Source of the DNA: Eledone cirrhosa
Lineage: Eukaryota
Direction: 5' to 3'
Length of the DNA: 64,000 nt
NCBI GenBank assembly: GCA_964016885.1
Contig: OZ024743.1
Span: 354,950,001-355,014,000 of the forward strand
Shown here: positions 15,628 to 28,569 of the stretch, in pieces
Layout of the letters: each line of letters opens with the position of its first letter
Position numbering within the stretch: the first letter of the stretch is position 1
Notes under the pieces: model-generated
Told to the model about the DNA's origin: nothing
Seen by the model: only the letters and a program-made list of their open reading frames with translations
The model's database searches: none
Position numbers and translations under genes: made by a program

Positions 15628-16557
15628 ATGTGTATATATATATATATATATACATATATATATAAATATATTTAGAGAGAGAGAAAAGAGACAGAAAGCG
15701 AGAGAAAAAATAGAAGTATGTAGAACTGCACATTTTTATCAAATCATGTGTTTATGTTTGCATGTGTATATGTGTTTGATTGTGCCATACCAACGGAATA
15801 ATATTATACCAAAAATAGCTAGAGCTACAACAGTAACACAATGACAATCTATTAAGAAAGACTAGCTAACATTTTAAATATTTGCAACAACACCAATAGC
15901 ATGAGCAACCAAATTTAGAAACATACTGTGACAATAGACGGAAAAGAACAAGACTAACAAGGAACATCAATATCTAAACAATGGATACAACAATGTAACA
16001 GCCACAATCAACAAACGGGGACGACACCAAGAACAACAACAGTAAATAAGAGACACATTAAACAACAAGCGACTATAACAACTACAAGAGCAACAACAAC
16101 TGGAAAAAACAATTATGAAAACATTAACAAATAATAATGTAACATAAATATATAAATTTTAGAAATATTTCTATCGTCTGCTTTAGCAAAGCGAAGAAAC
16201 AAGATGGCTGTAAAAATAGCGCATGCAAAAATAATATATATACAAACAAATGTATTTTGCCAAAACTATAATAGAAATGGCGACGCCCGTAAAATGGCTT
16301 CCACGAGTGTTTTCCAATTATAATAGTGTTTCCAAATGACATTTCCGATTAATATTTTGGCTACAGGATCCTTTCATCTCGACTAATAGCTTCATTTGAA
16401 AGGTGGTATATATTTTTGGCGTCACTCGAATCAAGACCTGCGAAACTACGAGAATCTTTCACGTTTTGTTAAAGATGTTTAATCATTGCTATAACAATGT
16501 ATGAGAAGAGAGAAGATACATGTATGAACTTATACATGTAGCATGCATTTAAATTTG

Positions 16558-16712
<155 letters not shown>

Positions 16713-17019
16713 AAAAATGGTGAGAAGAATACTGCAGGTTGCACATTGATAACATGTTATAAAATGAGTCCCTCATCAGTGATTTGCCAACGATCATAGA
16801 TATTTCATTGCATTAAAAATCACATATATATATACATGTGTGTGTGTATATGTGTGTAACTGTGTGGATACGCCTTCCTGTGTGTGTTCTTGGGCAAGAG
16901 AGTGTATTATGATATATACGAACTGATATTTATGTGCATTTGAATATTTTGTGCGTACATTATATTTTGAATGCAGATGTTCTTTTTAATTCTATCATGC
17001 GTTAATATATATATTATTA

Positions 17020-17490
17020 ATTGATGACCAGCGGACTGTGCACGGAATTTTAAACAGTATTGTACCAGCTTAGATGCGGAGTTTTGTATTCCGACGGATT
17101 TTTTTGTAAATAGTGACTATCTGAGTATCTTTGAAATGTTTTAGGGGGTTATCGCATTTACATCTTTCCGTATAGCATTTGGGCAATCAATAGTGCACTT
17201 CCATCCGATTAAACGTGGAAATGATGTCAATACCAGGAGCTTTACCAGATTTCCTCTTCGTGGATTACAACCTTCCTGCCAATGAAAACGTATCTGAAAC
17301 TTTAAATTTCAAAGGCTGATTTGTCCCACTATCTGCTTTTAAACAGCCACAGTTTTTTGGTAGCAATACAATCCCATCTTTAAGTCATCTGGTAACCTTC
17401 CATGTACTTCCTCCGTTTAGAAGAACTTGGTACTGTTTACGTTTCCCAGATAATAGCTGCTGCATCTTCATTAAACCACCCAGCATGCTT
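17020..17490 (-). pseudogene. Possible decayed Helitron PIF1-helicase fragment
   Basis: Weak frameshifted resemblance to AA.LL.G, IVWD and G.KVV motifs in the expected order on the minus strand. Confidence 0.25.
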
Positions 17491-18224
17491 GTGTTTAGGG
17501 AAGCCGAATGAGTCTTTTTATGGATTGCCACATGCAACTGCTCCCTGTAGTGTCACCCGACATATTATGAGACAGCATCATGAAATTGTGTTGTGTAAGC
17601 CTTGGATTATTAGAAATATCAGCTTGATATTATGGGCTGGTAAATCTGTTGGTGTTGTAATAATACATTTTCCTAGGAAACGTTTTGTGTAATGTGGGTG
17701 CAATAGTGTTGCATAATGAGGTGTTACTTGGTATTATGCGCTCGGTTGTGTGTGTATGTTTGTGTTTTTGTGTATAATTTTCTATCTCCATACGTTGAAA
17801 TAATTTGGTTTGCGGCTGTGAAGTGCTGATAGTGTCTGTACACCTATCATAGTATATGCCTAATTCTGCAGGGAACTATTTATAATGTAGGTGCAGTAAT
17901 TGTGGAGCATTTCTGTATATGATCTAACGTGTATGTAAGTCGATGAGAGATGCTTTGGTTTCACTAATTTAGTCCTAATGTGTAAGTTGGTTTAGTGTCT
18001 TGGCCATGTGGTTGTTTATGTTAGTGTAGACTTCACAAGATTGTCATACTTACAGTCGGGTGTTTTAGCTATGCCGTATGCTAGTTTATGCCTGCTAACC
18101 TGCATGTGTGGTTGGTAGTATGACGCATCGTGTGGGGGAGAGTGTTTAGTATATGTCCAAAGAGTTGTGCAAAGACTTGAGGTTGAGAAAACGTATGCAT
18201 ATCCCGTGTTTTCCTTGGTGAAGA

Positions 18225-18260
<36 letters not shown>

Positions 18261-18373
18261 AATTAATATCTAGTAACATATATATACATACAGATGCATA
18301 TCAATGCTAGCAAATATATAGGTTTTTGTCTTAGTAACATTGTGGTTCAATGCATGGGGTTGCAGAACAATAA

Positions 18374-19038
18374 TATGAGACACGTAAAATAAGAAAATTA
18401 TAAAATTAACTTACTTACTAAAATATCACTTCCAACTAATTAGTTTCTGGAATGGAGTAAATATATTTTCCGAAGAAGATATTGAGAAACATTCCATCGT
18501 CAGGGAAGTCTATTCTCATCTAAGTTTCCAGGCAAAGCGAGGACTCTGGAAACTTATTAACGACGGAATGTTTCTCTATATCTTCTTCGGAAAATATATT
18601 TACTCCATTCCAGAAACTAATTAGTTGGAAGTGATATTTTAGTAAGTAAGTTAATTTTATAATTTTCTTATTTTACGTCTCTCATACTTACTAGATATTA
18701 ATTCTTTATAATTATCTCCAAATTATTTGTCGAGCAATATTGGCCATGACTGCTGCTATGGTAGTAGGCAGGCCGCTGTCTTATTAGCAAACCACTTTCC
18801 ACTGATTGACCTCGATGTCACGTGATTGATTCTTTTTGAATTTGCCACAGACGCAGAGGCAGTGATTTTCTCAATGGCTAGGAATTCAGTCCACGCTTTG
18901 CTATTTCCTATCCACTGAATTATTTTTGTATAAGTTTCCAGAGTCCTCGCTTTGCCTGGAAACTTCGATGAGAATAGACTTCCCTGACGACGGAATGTTT
19001 CTCAATATCTTCTTCGGAAAATATATTTACTCCATTCC
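18374..19038. repeat. Compound inverted/direct repeat (pLTR-like fold-back)
   Basis: 18374-18500 is the reverse complement of 18560-18686. 18561-18611 is repeated directly at 18988-19038. 18449-18556 is inverted relative to 18930-19038. Confidence 0.85.
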
Positions 19039-21400
19039 TCTAATTTGGATGTAATTCTTTCCATTGAAGAAGAAAGTGTTGTTTTCCGGAATAAGTTTGA
19101 TTGCGTCTAATATAAATGGCGCTGTGAATCTGATGGGAATCACTTCTCTATGTTTTTCGACCCAGTATTTAACCGCCTTTATTCCTAAACCATGTGTAAT
19201 GTTGGTGTAAAAGCTTACCACATCAAAACTAAGTACAAGTGAATTCGATTCCGTGGTTTTGGGAAGATGGGACAGGAAGTCGATATCATCCCGGATGAAA
19301 CTGGGTATGTGAATACATAGTGGTTTCAAAATAATGTCAACAAAATTGCTTAGACGGTGGGTAGGGCATGTTGACCCAGCTAAAATAGGTCTAAGTTTTA
19401 AGTCTTTTGGGTGTAGTAATTTAATCTACTCACTGTTTTGTTCTTTTACAGGTTGCTGGGTTTTGGCTCAAAATTGGTGATATAGTCTCTTTCCTTATCA
19501 GTAAGTGAGTTGTGGTATTTTGAAGCCAGGTTGTTGAGCTTCTTCATGATGTTGTGGTCTATATTTGATGGTATTTCATGATAGAATGTTGTGTCTTTCA
19601 GTTGTTCCTCAACCAAATCTTTGTAGTATTCAGCATCCATTATAACAACTGCACCCCCTTTATCTGCTTGTTTAATTATTATTGTTTTATCATTTTGTAT
19701 ACGTTAAAGTGCAGACATTTCTGATTTGTTTATGTTTGGCCTAACATTAGTATTACGTCTAAGAGGAAATTTAGACAGTATGTCAATGTATTGGTCGAGA
19801 TAGATATTTCTTCCTTTTGGCGGAGTGAAATTTGATTTATTCTTTACTAGTGATTCATCACTCTCATTACTTTTATCAGCGAAGACGTAATTACAAGACG
19901 TAATTTTCAACAGAATTCTTGGGTATCCTCCTTCAGTTCTTGGTGGTTGACTGTTGGAGTCGGTGTGAATTTCAGTCCTTTTGACATAATTTGCATTTCA
20001 TCATTGTCAAGATCTCTTTTGGATAAATTAATTATTTTAGGATCTACGTGTACAGTTGTTTTGGGTATGTTTCCTCCTGGACATTTTCTTTTTCCGGTTT
20101 TTGTTGTCCTGACGTTAAAAAATGGATTTTTCTCTGTTCATGATTTATATTCCTGTTGGTGTTTGTTTGATGAACTTTTGGTCGTGATATTATATTTGGT
20201 TTCGTTATGTTTTTTGTCCTATTTTTGGTATTATGTATATTATTTTTCCATTTCTTGTTAGCATTATTTATAACAATCTGGGGAAATGACCTAGGTTTGC
20301 TTTCAGGTTTAGATCGTTTTTTCGCCTAGTTTCTTGTGGGTAATCTCTGTTGATATCTTGAGACTGATCTGGTTATTCTACGGTTTTTACCCCGTTCCTT
20401 GTGGGTAGTCTCTGTTGAGATCTTGAGAATGATCTTCTGGTTTTTCTACTCCTCATGGTCTGGTCAAAGGAATATCTATCGTGTTTGTGCTTTTTGTTCA
20501 TATTGTGTGCGTTAGGGTGTTTTTGTAGAAAAAGCGAAGAGTTCTTACGGTAGTTTTTCTTTGATTCAAGGTAAGGTTTGTGTTGCCACGTGTTCTGGCG
20601 TATGTTGTGTTGGTGAGATTGTCCACTTTTAATGCTTTTTCTCAGAGTTCCAGAGTCTTTACCGTAATTTGCAGCATATTCGTCGAGAAATAATAGTTTC
20701 TGCTGCCATAACTTTCTTGATTTGCTTTCTTCTTTTGAGATATCTCTGATCCATAGTTCTCGTAGTTTTTCAGCTGTAATACTAGTCGTTAGCTTTGAAA
20801 TTTCGACTTCAATTTGGTCATTAATAGCTTCATATTTGGCTTTGTAGCGGGATTGTTTACATTGAGAAATGGAGATGTCGGTCCTGAATTTTGTCAATGT
20901 AAGTTCCCATCGGAATTTTGTTTCTTCTTCTGGTTCTCCTGCAATTTCCGTAATTAGATATTTACGAGGGAGTATGGGTGCCGTTAGTGAGAGCCATTTC
21001 GAATGTGTTTCGACATACTTTTCGCATTTGTATGCTTTCCAGAAGTTTTGTTTTCTTATGTTAAGAAATGTTTTCCATGTCTACCACATTTTTTTTCTTA
21101 TTCGATGTGTTTTGTTTTCCAAATTTCTTCGTTTAGTTCTGACATCCAAGGTGGTTGTGGTAGGCTTTCTCTTGTATCTTTGATAACTGTTGGTATAATT
21201 TCAGCTAAATTCTTAATTTCAGAGTTTATATGTTCAGTTCTAAGTTTTCCGTCTGTAGATTGTTTTTCTATTTCCTTTAAAATAGAGGATTGTGTGTCAA
21301 TCATCGTGATGAGTGTTGATAATTTCGATGATATCTCCTTTAGAATTCTTTCTGATTCTGTTGATTTCATTTGTTGCTTTCAAGACATGTTGGCATATAC
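19030..21400 (-). pseudogene. Penelope-like element: N-terminal region and first part of RT (disrupted)
   Basis: ORF chain 21370->19027 with KSNFTPPKGR, KQADKGGAVVIMD, RPILAG..CPT.RLSNFVDIILKPL, SFDVVSFYTNI and ENNTFFFNGKNYIQIRG, truncated at that point. Confidence 0.9.
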
Positions 21401-21590
21401 ACAATAGGAATATATTTATATATATATATAAATAAATATACACGGATGTTTATGATTGTGTATAGAAGATTATATTAATAAAAGGAATTCCAACTTTGTC
21501 TGATTTACTCGTTTTATTTACAATCATTTAACATTTATAATGGTATTAGAATGAAATACTATCGTAGAATATTAAATGTTAAGTGTTAAT

Positions 21591-21629
21591 TGAACAGGTA
21601 CTTTCATGCTTTCGCAATCTTCAGGTTCA
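21591..21629 (-). ncRNA. Inverted copy of the pLTR hammerhead-like motif
   Basis: Minus strand reads UGAAC-CUGAAGA-u-UGC-GAAA-GCA-u-GAAA-GUAC-CU-GUUCA. Confidence 0.6.
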
Positions 21630-21665
21630 TATTCTGTGGTGACAGTCAAGTTTGCAATTTTCAAC

Positions 21666-22457
21666 ATCCCATACTGCCTAGCCAGAAGAATTTGTACCAT
21701 TGTAGAAGATACGAATACCAGGAAAGAAAACGCCTAACAGAACTGAGAGAATTTTTTCTCAAACAAAAATACCCATCTCTACTTATAGAAAATGGCATAC
21801 AGCGGGCTATAAAAATACCTATACAACAACTTAGGACAACCCAAGGAAGAAGAAACCAAGAACTGGTCATACCATTTATAATGACACATACCCCATGTCA
21901 CCAGAATATCTTCAACACTGCCAAAGCAAACCTACCGATCATTGCTCAAAGTAATGAATTAAAAGGCTTAATCACAGACCGATCTTTGACTATTAGTAAA
22001 AGACAGCCGAAAAATTTGAAGCAATTACTAACAAAAGCAAAGTTTGACCTTAACAACAAAGACCAATCATTCACTGTATCGAAATGCAATGATAGTCGAT
22101 GTAGCACATGTCAATCTATACACAACGGTCAATATATTAACACAAAAACTGCAAAAATATTCCCAAATGCAAATATGAACTGCAAAAGCGGAAATCTAAT
22201 TTACTGCATTAAATGCCCGAATTGTGAAGAACTATATGTCGGTTAAACTGGAAATGCAATATCGGAACGTGCACGGGTGCATGACAGAAAATCAGAGACC
22301 CAATTGTCCGTCAGATACCCCTGACTAGCCATCTAGCAACATGTGGTCAGAGAATATTCATAATATTTCCATTCCACAAATTACACAGCCCAAGTGAAAT
22401 CAAGAGAAAAATCAAAGAAAATAATTTTATTGATAAATTCCAACCCAAGCTAAATGA
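21666..22457 (+). pseudogene. Penelope-like element C-terminus: RT thumb, Cys linker and GIY-YIG endonuclease (Neptune-like)
   Basis: L..FFLKQKYP..LIE, KRQPKNLKQLL, CNDSRCSTC, NCKSGNLIYCIKCPNCEELYVG*TG..ISER..VH and KENNFIDKFQPKLN. It has a stop and a frameshift. Confidence 0.9.
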
Positions 22458-22850
22458 ACAATAATAATGGGGTATTACTCCTACTATGACTATGACTACG
22501 TCCATGTCGACTACAATCACTAACAACAACAACAACAACAACAACAATAATAATAATAAAAGTGATGTTGATGGTGATGATTACTAGAAAATGCTATTTT
22601 CATCATTTTTAAAAATAGCAAAACAATTGATGCTTTGGATAGGGTCAACTAGTAGTCGTTAGACATGCTCAACTAACCGTGACGCCTAAACCAATCAGCT
22701 TTAGTAATCCAGTGAAACTACACACCGATTGGTCGTAATACAGTTTACAGAATCTAACATTTTGTAGCCGCTTTTCACTGTATATAAGGCACAAAATTTA
22801 CCCATCTCATTACAGTTGAAAATTGCAAACTTGAGTGTCACCATAGAATA

Positions 22851-22889
22851 TGAACCTGAAGATTGCGCAAGCATGAAGGTACCTGTTCA
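22851..22889 (+). ncRNA. Hammerhead-like motif in pLTR (variant core)
   Basis: UGAAC-CUGAAGA-u-UGC-GCAA-GCA-u-GAA-GGUACC-U-GUUCA. Stem I is UGAAC/GUUCA and stem II carries a GNRA loop. Confidence 0.65.
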
Positions 22890-22995
22890 ATTAACACTTA
22901 ACATTTAATATTATACCATAGTATTTAATTCTAATACCATTATATATTTTAAGGGATTGTAAATAAAACGAGTAAATCAGACAAAGTTGGAATTC

Positions 22996-23053
<58 letters not shown>

Positions 23054-23083
23054 AAAATGTGTGAGATCCCTGGTAGAGTTGGG

Positions 23084-23698
23084 TATATTTGAAAAAAAGG
23101 AAAAGAATGACTTCACTTGTAGTGTTAAAAAATTTGATTTAATTTTATAATATTATAATATTATGAGTTGGTAGATCTAGTAAGTTCTTTCTTAACTTCA
23201 GTGGGAAGAATTTTAAAGATTCGTGGTTAACTTTGGTTGGAGAAATTTCTCGCATTCGTCGGTGGCGATTGTCAAACTGAGATCAGGTTGTGTTGAGATG
23301 TGTGACTATATATAAGAGAGATTTGGATGTGTCCGAGGTGTGGATGTGGTGTTAATGAGTGTTGATACTGATGAAGATTTGGAGGAATTAAAGCATACAC
23401 ACACACACACACACACATATATATACACTCAGAAAATGGTGAGGTTGCAAGATAATTGTGTTTGAGAAGGTGGTTGTAAACATCCTCTCCTGCAGGCTTT
23501 ATTTCATTAGCTGACCCTTTGATGAGTATATAATGGCATAGCTGAGTCAACTCAACCAGGAATCTTTAAAATTCTTCCCACTGAAGTTAACAAAAAACTT
23601 ACTAGATTTACCAACTCATAATATTATAATATTATAAAATTAAATCAAATTTTTTAACACTACAAGTGAAGTCATTCTTTTCCTTTTTTTCAAATATA
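23084..23698. repeat. Non-coding element with ~145-bp terminal inverted repeats (PLE-like inversion or MITE-like)
   Basis: 23084-23228 is the reverse complement of 23554-23698; (TA)n lies on both sides. Confidence 0.8.
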
Positions 23699-23776
23699 TT
23701 ATATATATATATATATATATATTAGTTGTAATATAATGAAACGAAATTTCATTTCTCACTCTTACATATATATATA

Positions 23777-25126
23777 TAAATCAGGAAAGAAGAGTGACAC
23801 GGTTTGCTATACAAAAAGGTTTTTAATCTCATTGCTGACAATTGTTTCTCTGAACTGGTAGGTCTAGAGATCGCTACCCGCTTATTTTCACGTTATTCGA
23901 TCACCAATACAAAGTTATAACCAGTCAATTCATCGGAGCTTGTAAGAATGAAAAGAATATACAGGCATGGCTACTATATATAGTAGTAATGGCATTCAAT
24001 CAGAACAATAACAACAATACGAACAATGCTAGCAATAAATTATTTGAAATAATCACAACATCAATCTAGGTGGGAAGTATAGTATATCTACGATTTTAGC
24101 GTGTAAAACTAGCTGACATGAGGCAGATGTATAAAGTTGACATGTAAAAGCTGTCCTGGGGTGTATTATATCTAGTGTAAAGATAAGCTGGAGGCTTTAA
24201 ACAATATAGGTCTGGTGACCGTAAGACTCATTTATTATCTGACAGATGAAGAATTTGTCACTGTAGTGAGGATAGTAATATTTGTGTGGTCTATATTAGA
24301 TGAAAGGGTTGCCTAGCTTTCTCATCATCAATAACATACTGTATAAGACAACATTAACAGAGTAGCAATATAATGGGCAAGTTAATACAGAGGTTAAGGA
24401 GGCAATATATATATATATATATATACATACACACAAACATATATGTATATACATACACATATATACATACATATAAAGAGAAAACATACTGACTATAATT
24501 ATAACAGGAGGAAGGTAAAGTTCTGTTGTAGTAGTATTTTGAAATGTTCTTGGATTTAGGTTCATGTGCTGACAGCAGCTGAGAAGAGATATATTTATGG
24601 GTTGATGAGGTACTTACAGACATTAGTGTGGTATAGAACTAAGAAGGCTAGAATGTACTTAATGATTATATTTCTGTGGTGGTTCGTGCAGTGTAGTGGG
24701 TATCGTAAGTTGAAAGCTAAGTTACGTCGGTTCGATTCACGGAGGTTTAAATCTTGTGAATTTAGTGGCCGATCCTGTGTCTGCAGAAGATTGATCTTTC
24801 TAACTTGTTGTTAAGTAGCCTTTTTACATTTCTAAGGATATACAGTAATTCTAGATCACATAGCCTACAGTGGGACATGCCGGCACTGTAGGTCTTTGCG
24901 GCCGACAACCTCGACCAGTTGATACTGTATTTGGTGTTGTTGTCCTTAAGTTCCCAGATTTTTTTGGCGAGGGTTGTAGAACCCATAAGTGCACGATTTT
25001 TCATCGAGTGTCTGCGCACAGCGGGTAGCGATCTCTAGACCTAACAGTTCAGAGAAACAATTGTCAGCAATGAGATTAAAAATCTGTTTTGTATAGCAAA
25101 CCGTGTCACTCTTCTTTCCTGATTTA
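23777..25126 (-). mobile_element. 5'-truncated PLE: GIY-YIG tail, 3' pLTR and inverted partial pLTR
   Basis: ORF 24762-25019 contains STTLAKKIWELKDN..YSINWS..YSAG..CRLCDLE..YI..LLN.K.E....CRH. 23777-23881 is the reverse complement of 25021-25126. Confidence 0.85.
23834..23939 (-). ncRNA. Hammerhead ribozyme with long stem II insertion
   Basis: Minus strand reads GCU-CCGAUGA-auUGACUGGU...ACCAGUUCAga-GAAAC-AAUU-GUC-AGC. Stem III is the palindrome ACAAUUGU and the cleavage triplet is GUC. Confidence 0.6.
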
Positions 25127-25294
25127 TCATTACTCCAAGTGTTTACAACATATGAATTACAGCGTACTCGCAACATCCCTAAGGAAACGCCTTGTTGAGT
25201 CAAACTTAGCCAAGCGTTGATATCATCCACTACTCTGAGTACCCTAACTGGACTACACTTAAGTGGACTACCTATAACAATTATTTGTTACCCC

Positions 25295-25385
<91 letters not shown>

Positions 25386-25427
25386 TATATACATATATAT
25401 GTATATATATATGTATATATGTATATA

Positions 25428-25467
<40 letters not shown>

Positions 25468-25504
25468 ATTAAATAAATGGAAACTATATTTATAAAACCA
25501 TATT

Positions 25505-25570
25505 TATTTCATTATATATATTTCGGGGATATCATATTAACAATATGCTATGCCTTCCTCAGACAAAATA
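25505..25570 (-). ncRNA. Inverted copy of the pLTR hammerhead
   Basis: Reverse complement of 27254-27319 with one substitution. Confidence 0.65.
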
Positions 25571-26294
25571 CAATATAAATAGAGATCCAAGTAAAAAATC
25601 TTCAACGGCACTATCAGGCGTACTCTGGCAACTTAAGCTAGATAACGTTAGATATTCGACGGCTTGGAATATAGTCTCAAGAGGGATTCCTTTTAATTCA
25701 TCCTCTGAGACATGTGACCTCTGCGCAGAGGAGATATTCTTTATACTAAAATCTAAAAATTCCCTTAATCTACGGACAAATTTATTCAGTTGTTGCAAAC
25801 ATAGATTAAACTCAACGTTTAAATATAAATTTAAATTTAAAATGTAGTATATTTAGTTTGATTTATATTTATATGGGAAACTAGCCGATAAATTTTTGAT
25901 TCCTAAATTTTTGATTCCTTCTTTTTATTCTTTTTTTATTGTTTATTTTTATTTTATTTTTATTTAAACATTCCTCATGAAAAATTAAGCTACCCTAAAA
26001 GCTGATGCTCCAAATATTTTGAATAAACCTTACACTAGATAAACTTCTATATTAAATATAAGAACATATGTAGACCAAATTGGACATCATAAACTTTTTG
26101 AAATGATCTTTGCTAGATGTGATTTGATAGATAATTTTTGGCTTTGTCTTGTAATGAACTTGGCAATATATTGTCAATTAACTTTGAAGGGTTGATCTTT
26201 GTGGTTTATTTTTATTTTTATTTTTTATTATTGTAGTATTTTATAATATTTTTTATTTTTTATTTTTTATTTTTTATTTTTATTTTTAATATCT

Positions 26295-26390
26295 TTAATA
26301 TGTAAATTTTAATACGTAATATTTTTTAATACGTAATATTTTTAATATGTAATATTTTTAATATGTAATATTCTTTCGTAATATTTTTTT
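26295..26390. repeat. ~16-bp AT-rich minisatellite (ttttaata(c/t)gtaata)
   Basis: About 5-6 tandem copies are visible. Confidence 0.8.
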
Positions 26391-27253
26391 AGTTTTCTAT
26401 TTTATTATTACTTATTATTATTATTGTTATCTTTTTATTTTTTTAGTTTTGTTTCTGATATATATTTTTATTAGTATATTGAAATCTGCTCTCTATTTCT
26501 GCTTGATAGATAATCTTGTAGGGTAAAGACAGGAATAATAATACACATATATGTATGCTCAAATTTTTATACCACATTGAGAATGTTTTCCGTGAACTTA
26601 GAGTTTGCAGAGTGAATCATGTGGATTCGCATGGATGTTTGTAGCTGTCACATAAACATATGAATTTTTTAAAAAACTAAACATAAGATAATTAATTTTC
26701 ACACACTATGGATACTTATCTCATTCAGGAATACTGATATTTACAATATAGTGTAAGTTTTATAAATACTAATACATTAAAACATAGGGTTTTTACGCCT
26801 CGAATATATCTGGCTATTTTTAAATTTTTTTTTCTCTCGCTATTTTCTCTCTCTCTATATTTTTTTCTCTCTATATATATCTCCCTTACATTAATACTTG
26901 AGCTAAATAAATAAATAAATAAATAAATGTATCATTGATACATTTACTCAAAATGACCTCCCACTACCTAATTTTCTATATATATATGTATCTATCTCTA
27001 TTTCCTCTCTCTCTCTCTATATATATCTCTTTCTGTTTCTTTACATGAAGTTCTTCGCTTTATCTATCTCTCCATCTCTCTATTTTGTTTTCTTCTTTTT
27101 CTTCCTTTTCTTCGTTTTCTGTCTTTCTTTCTTTTTTCTCTCTTTCTTTCTCTCTGTGTAAAATTTTTTCACTGCCAGCTTAAACCTCTTCAAATGGAAG
27201 TCGGTGTTATAACGGTATGTCGAATCTATTTATCTATAAAACTATTTATATTG

Positions 27254-27319
27254 TATTTTGTCTGAGGAAGGCACAGCATATTGTTAATATGATATCCCCG
27301 AAATATATATAATGAAATA
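27254..27319 (+). ncRNA. Minimal hammerhead ribozyme in pLTR
   Basis: UAUUUUGU-CUGAGGA-[stem II with CAUAUU/AAUAUG]-GAAAU-AUAU-AUA-AUGAAAUA. Stem I is 8 bp with two G-U pairs. Confidence 0.7.
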
Positions 27320-27449
27320 AATATGGTTTTATAAATATAGTTTCCATTTATTTAATATTGTAAATATACTCCAAATATTTGTCGAGTGCTTTTATATCAG
27401 TTATAAATATTTACTAGTTGTAACCCAACAATTTTAAATATAACTTTCC

Positions 27450-27551
<102 letters not shown>

Positions 27552-27870
27552 TATATACATATATATATATATACATATATATGTGTGTGTGTATGTGTGT
27601 GTGTGTGTGTGTGTGTTTGTGTGTGTATATATATATGTTTGTCTCTCTTCCATTTTCCTTCTCCGTCTCCTTCTACTTCTCTCTCTCTATGTCTCTCTTT
27701 CAATCTACTCTCTCACTACCATCTCTTTCTCTCTATTTATGAAGATATCCGGAAAAAATCCGAATCTGCGCCCCTATTTACGCGAAACTTATTTCATTCC
27801 ATTTGTAAAAGTATTTTCTCATTATGCGCCATTTTGGCCGTATTAAATTACAGACAGGCACACAATCACA

Positions 27871-27938
<68 letters not shown>

Positions 27939-28481
27939 ATGTTATACATATATATATATAACAAACCCGCCATATATATATATATAGTGAAAAATATAAC
28001 GTTCAGAAAATTATTCTGTACAGATCACGTTTTATAGCAAAAATAATAATAATAGAGAGTTAAACATGCGTTTTTTTAAAAATATATTTATACAAGCACT
28101 TGGGCAGTACACAACTAAAAGAAATTAGTTAACACGAAATAAATTATAAATACTTTCGTAAAAAATAACTTGCAGAGAGAATCCTGGTTACTGTGTTTTT
28201 AAAAGTTTCATTTTCAAATTTGCAATACGTTTTCTCACCCTCTTTCTTGGGAAGCCATGTTTGTTAACAGAAATTGTAAATCATGAATGGCACTGATAAG
28301 TATGTTATAACTCTTCTCACAAGACTGAATTGTCTCTGGCCTTTGAATATTCAAATCTGAAACAAATGTTTTCTCTCCTAAATCATTTTATCCGTTTCTC
28401 CCTATTCTCACTCTCGTCTATTTTTCTGTCTTACAACAACACCCCACCCCACCCCATCCACACACACATACACACACACAC

Positions 28482-28515
<34 letters not shown>

Positions 28516-28569
28516 CGATTTTGAATTTGTTTTGCGAGATTTCTTATCTGAAAACGTCTGTTGAAACAG

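Larger units (their letters stand above)
21478..23002 (+). mobile_element. 5'-truncated PLE with 3' pLTR and inverted 5' pLTR
   Basis: 21478-21665 is the reverse complement of 22815-23002; the element ends in (TA)n at 23001-23050. Confidence 0.85.
25462..27362 (+). mobile_element. 5'-truncated PLE: inverted pLTR, GIY-YIG tail, AT-rich 3' region and pLTR
   Basis: ORF 25545-25847 contains STALS..LWQLK....YS..WNIV....PFN.....CDLC.EE.FFI......LN.R......CKH. 25462-25582 is the reverse complement of 27242-27362. It is flanked by (TA)n. Confidence 0.85.

Noticed and set aside
22230-22300. Possible selenocysteine recoding in the PLE GIY-YIG domain
   Set aside because: The in-frame stop is TAA at a non-Cys position and is followed by a frameshift, consistent with ordinary decay.
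24685-24745. tRNA-like A/B boxes (TAGTGG...GGTTCGATTC)
   Set aside because: No cloverleaf or T-stem pairing.
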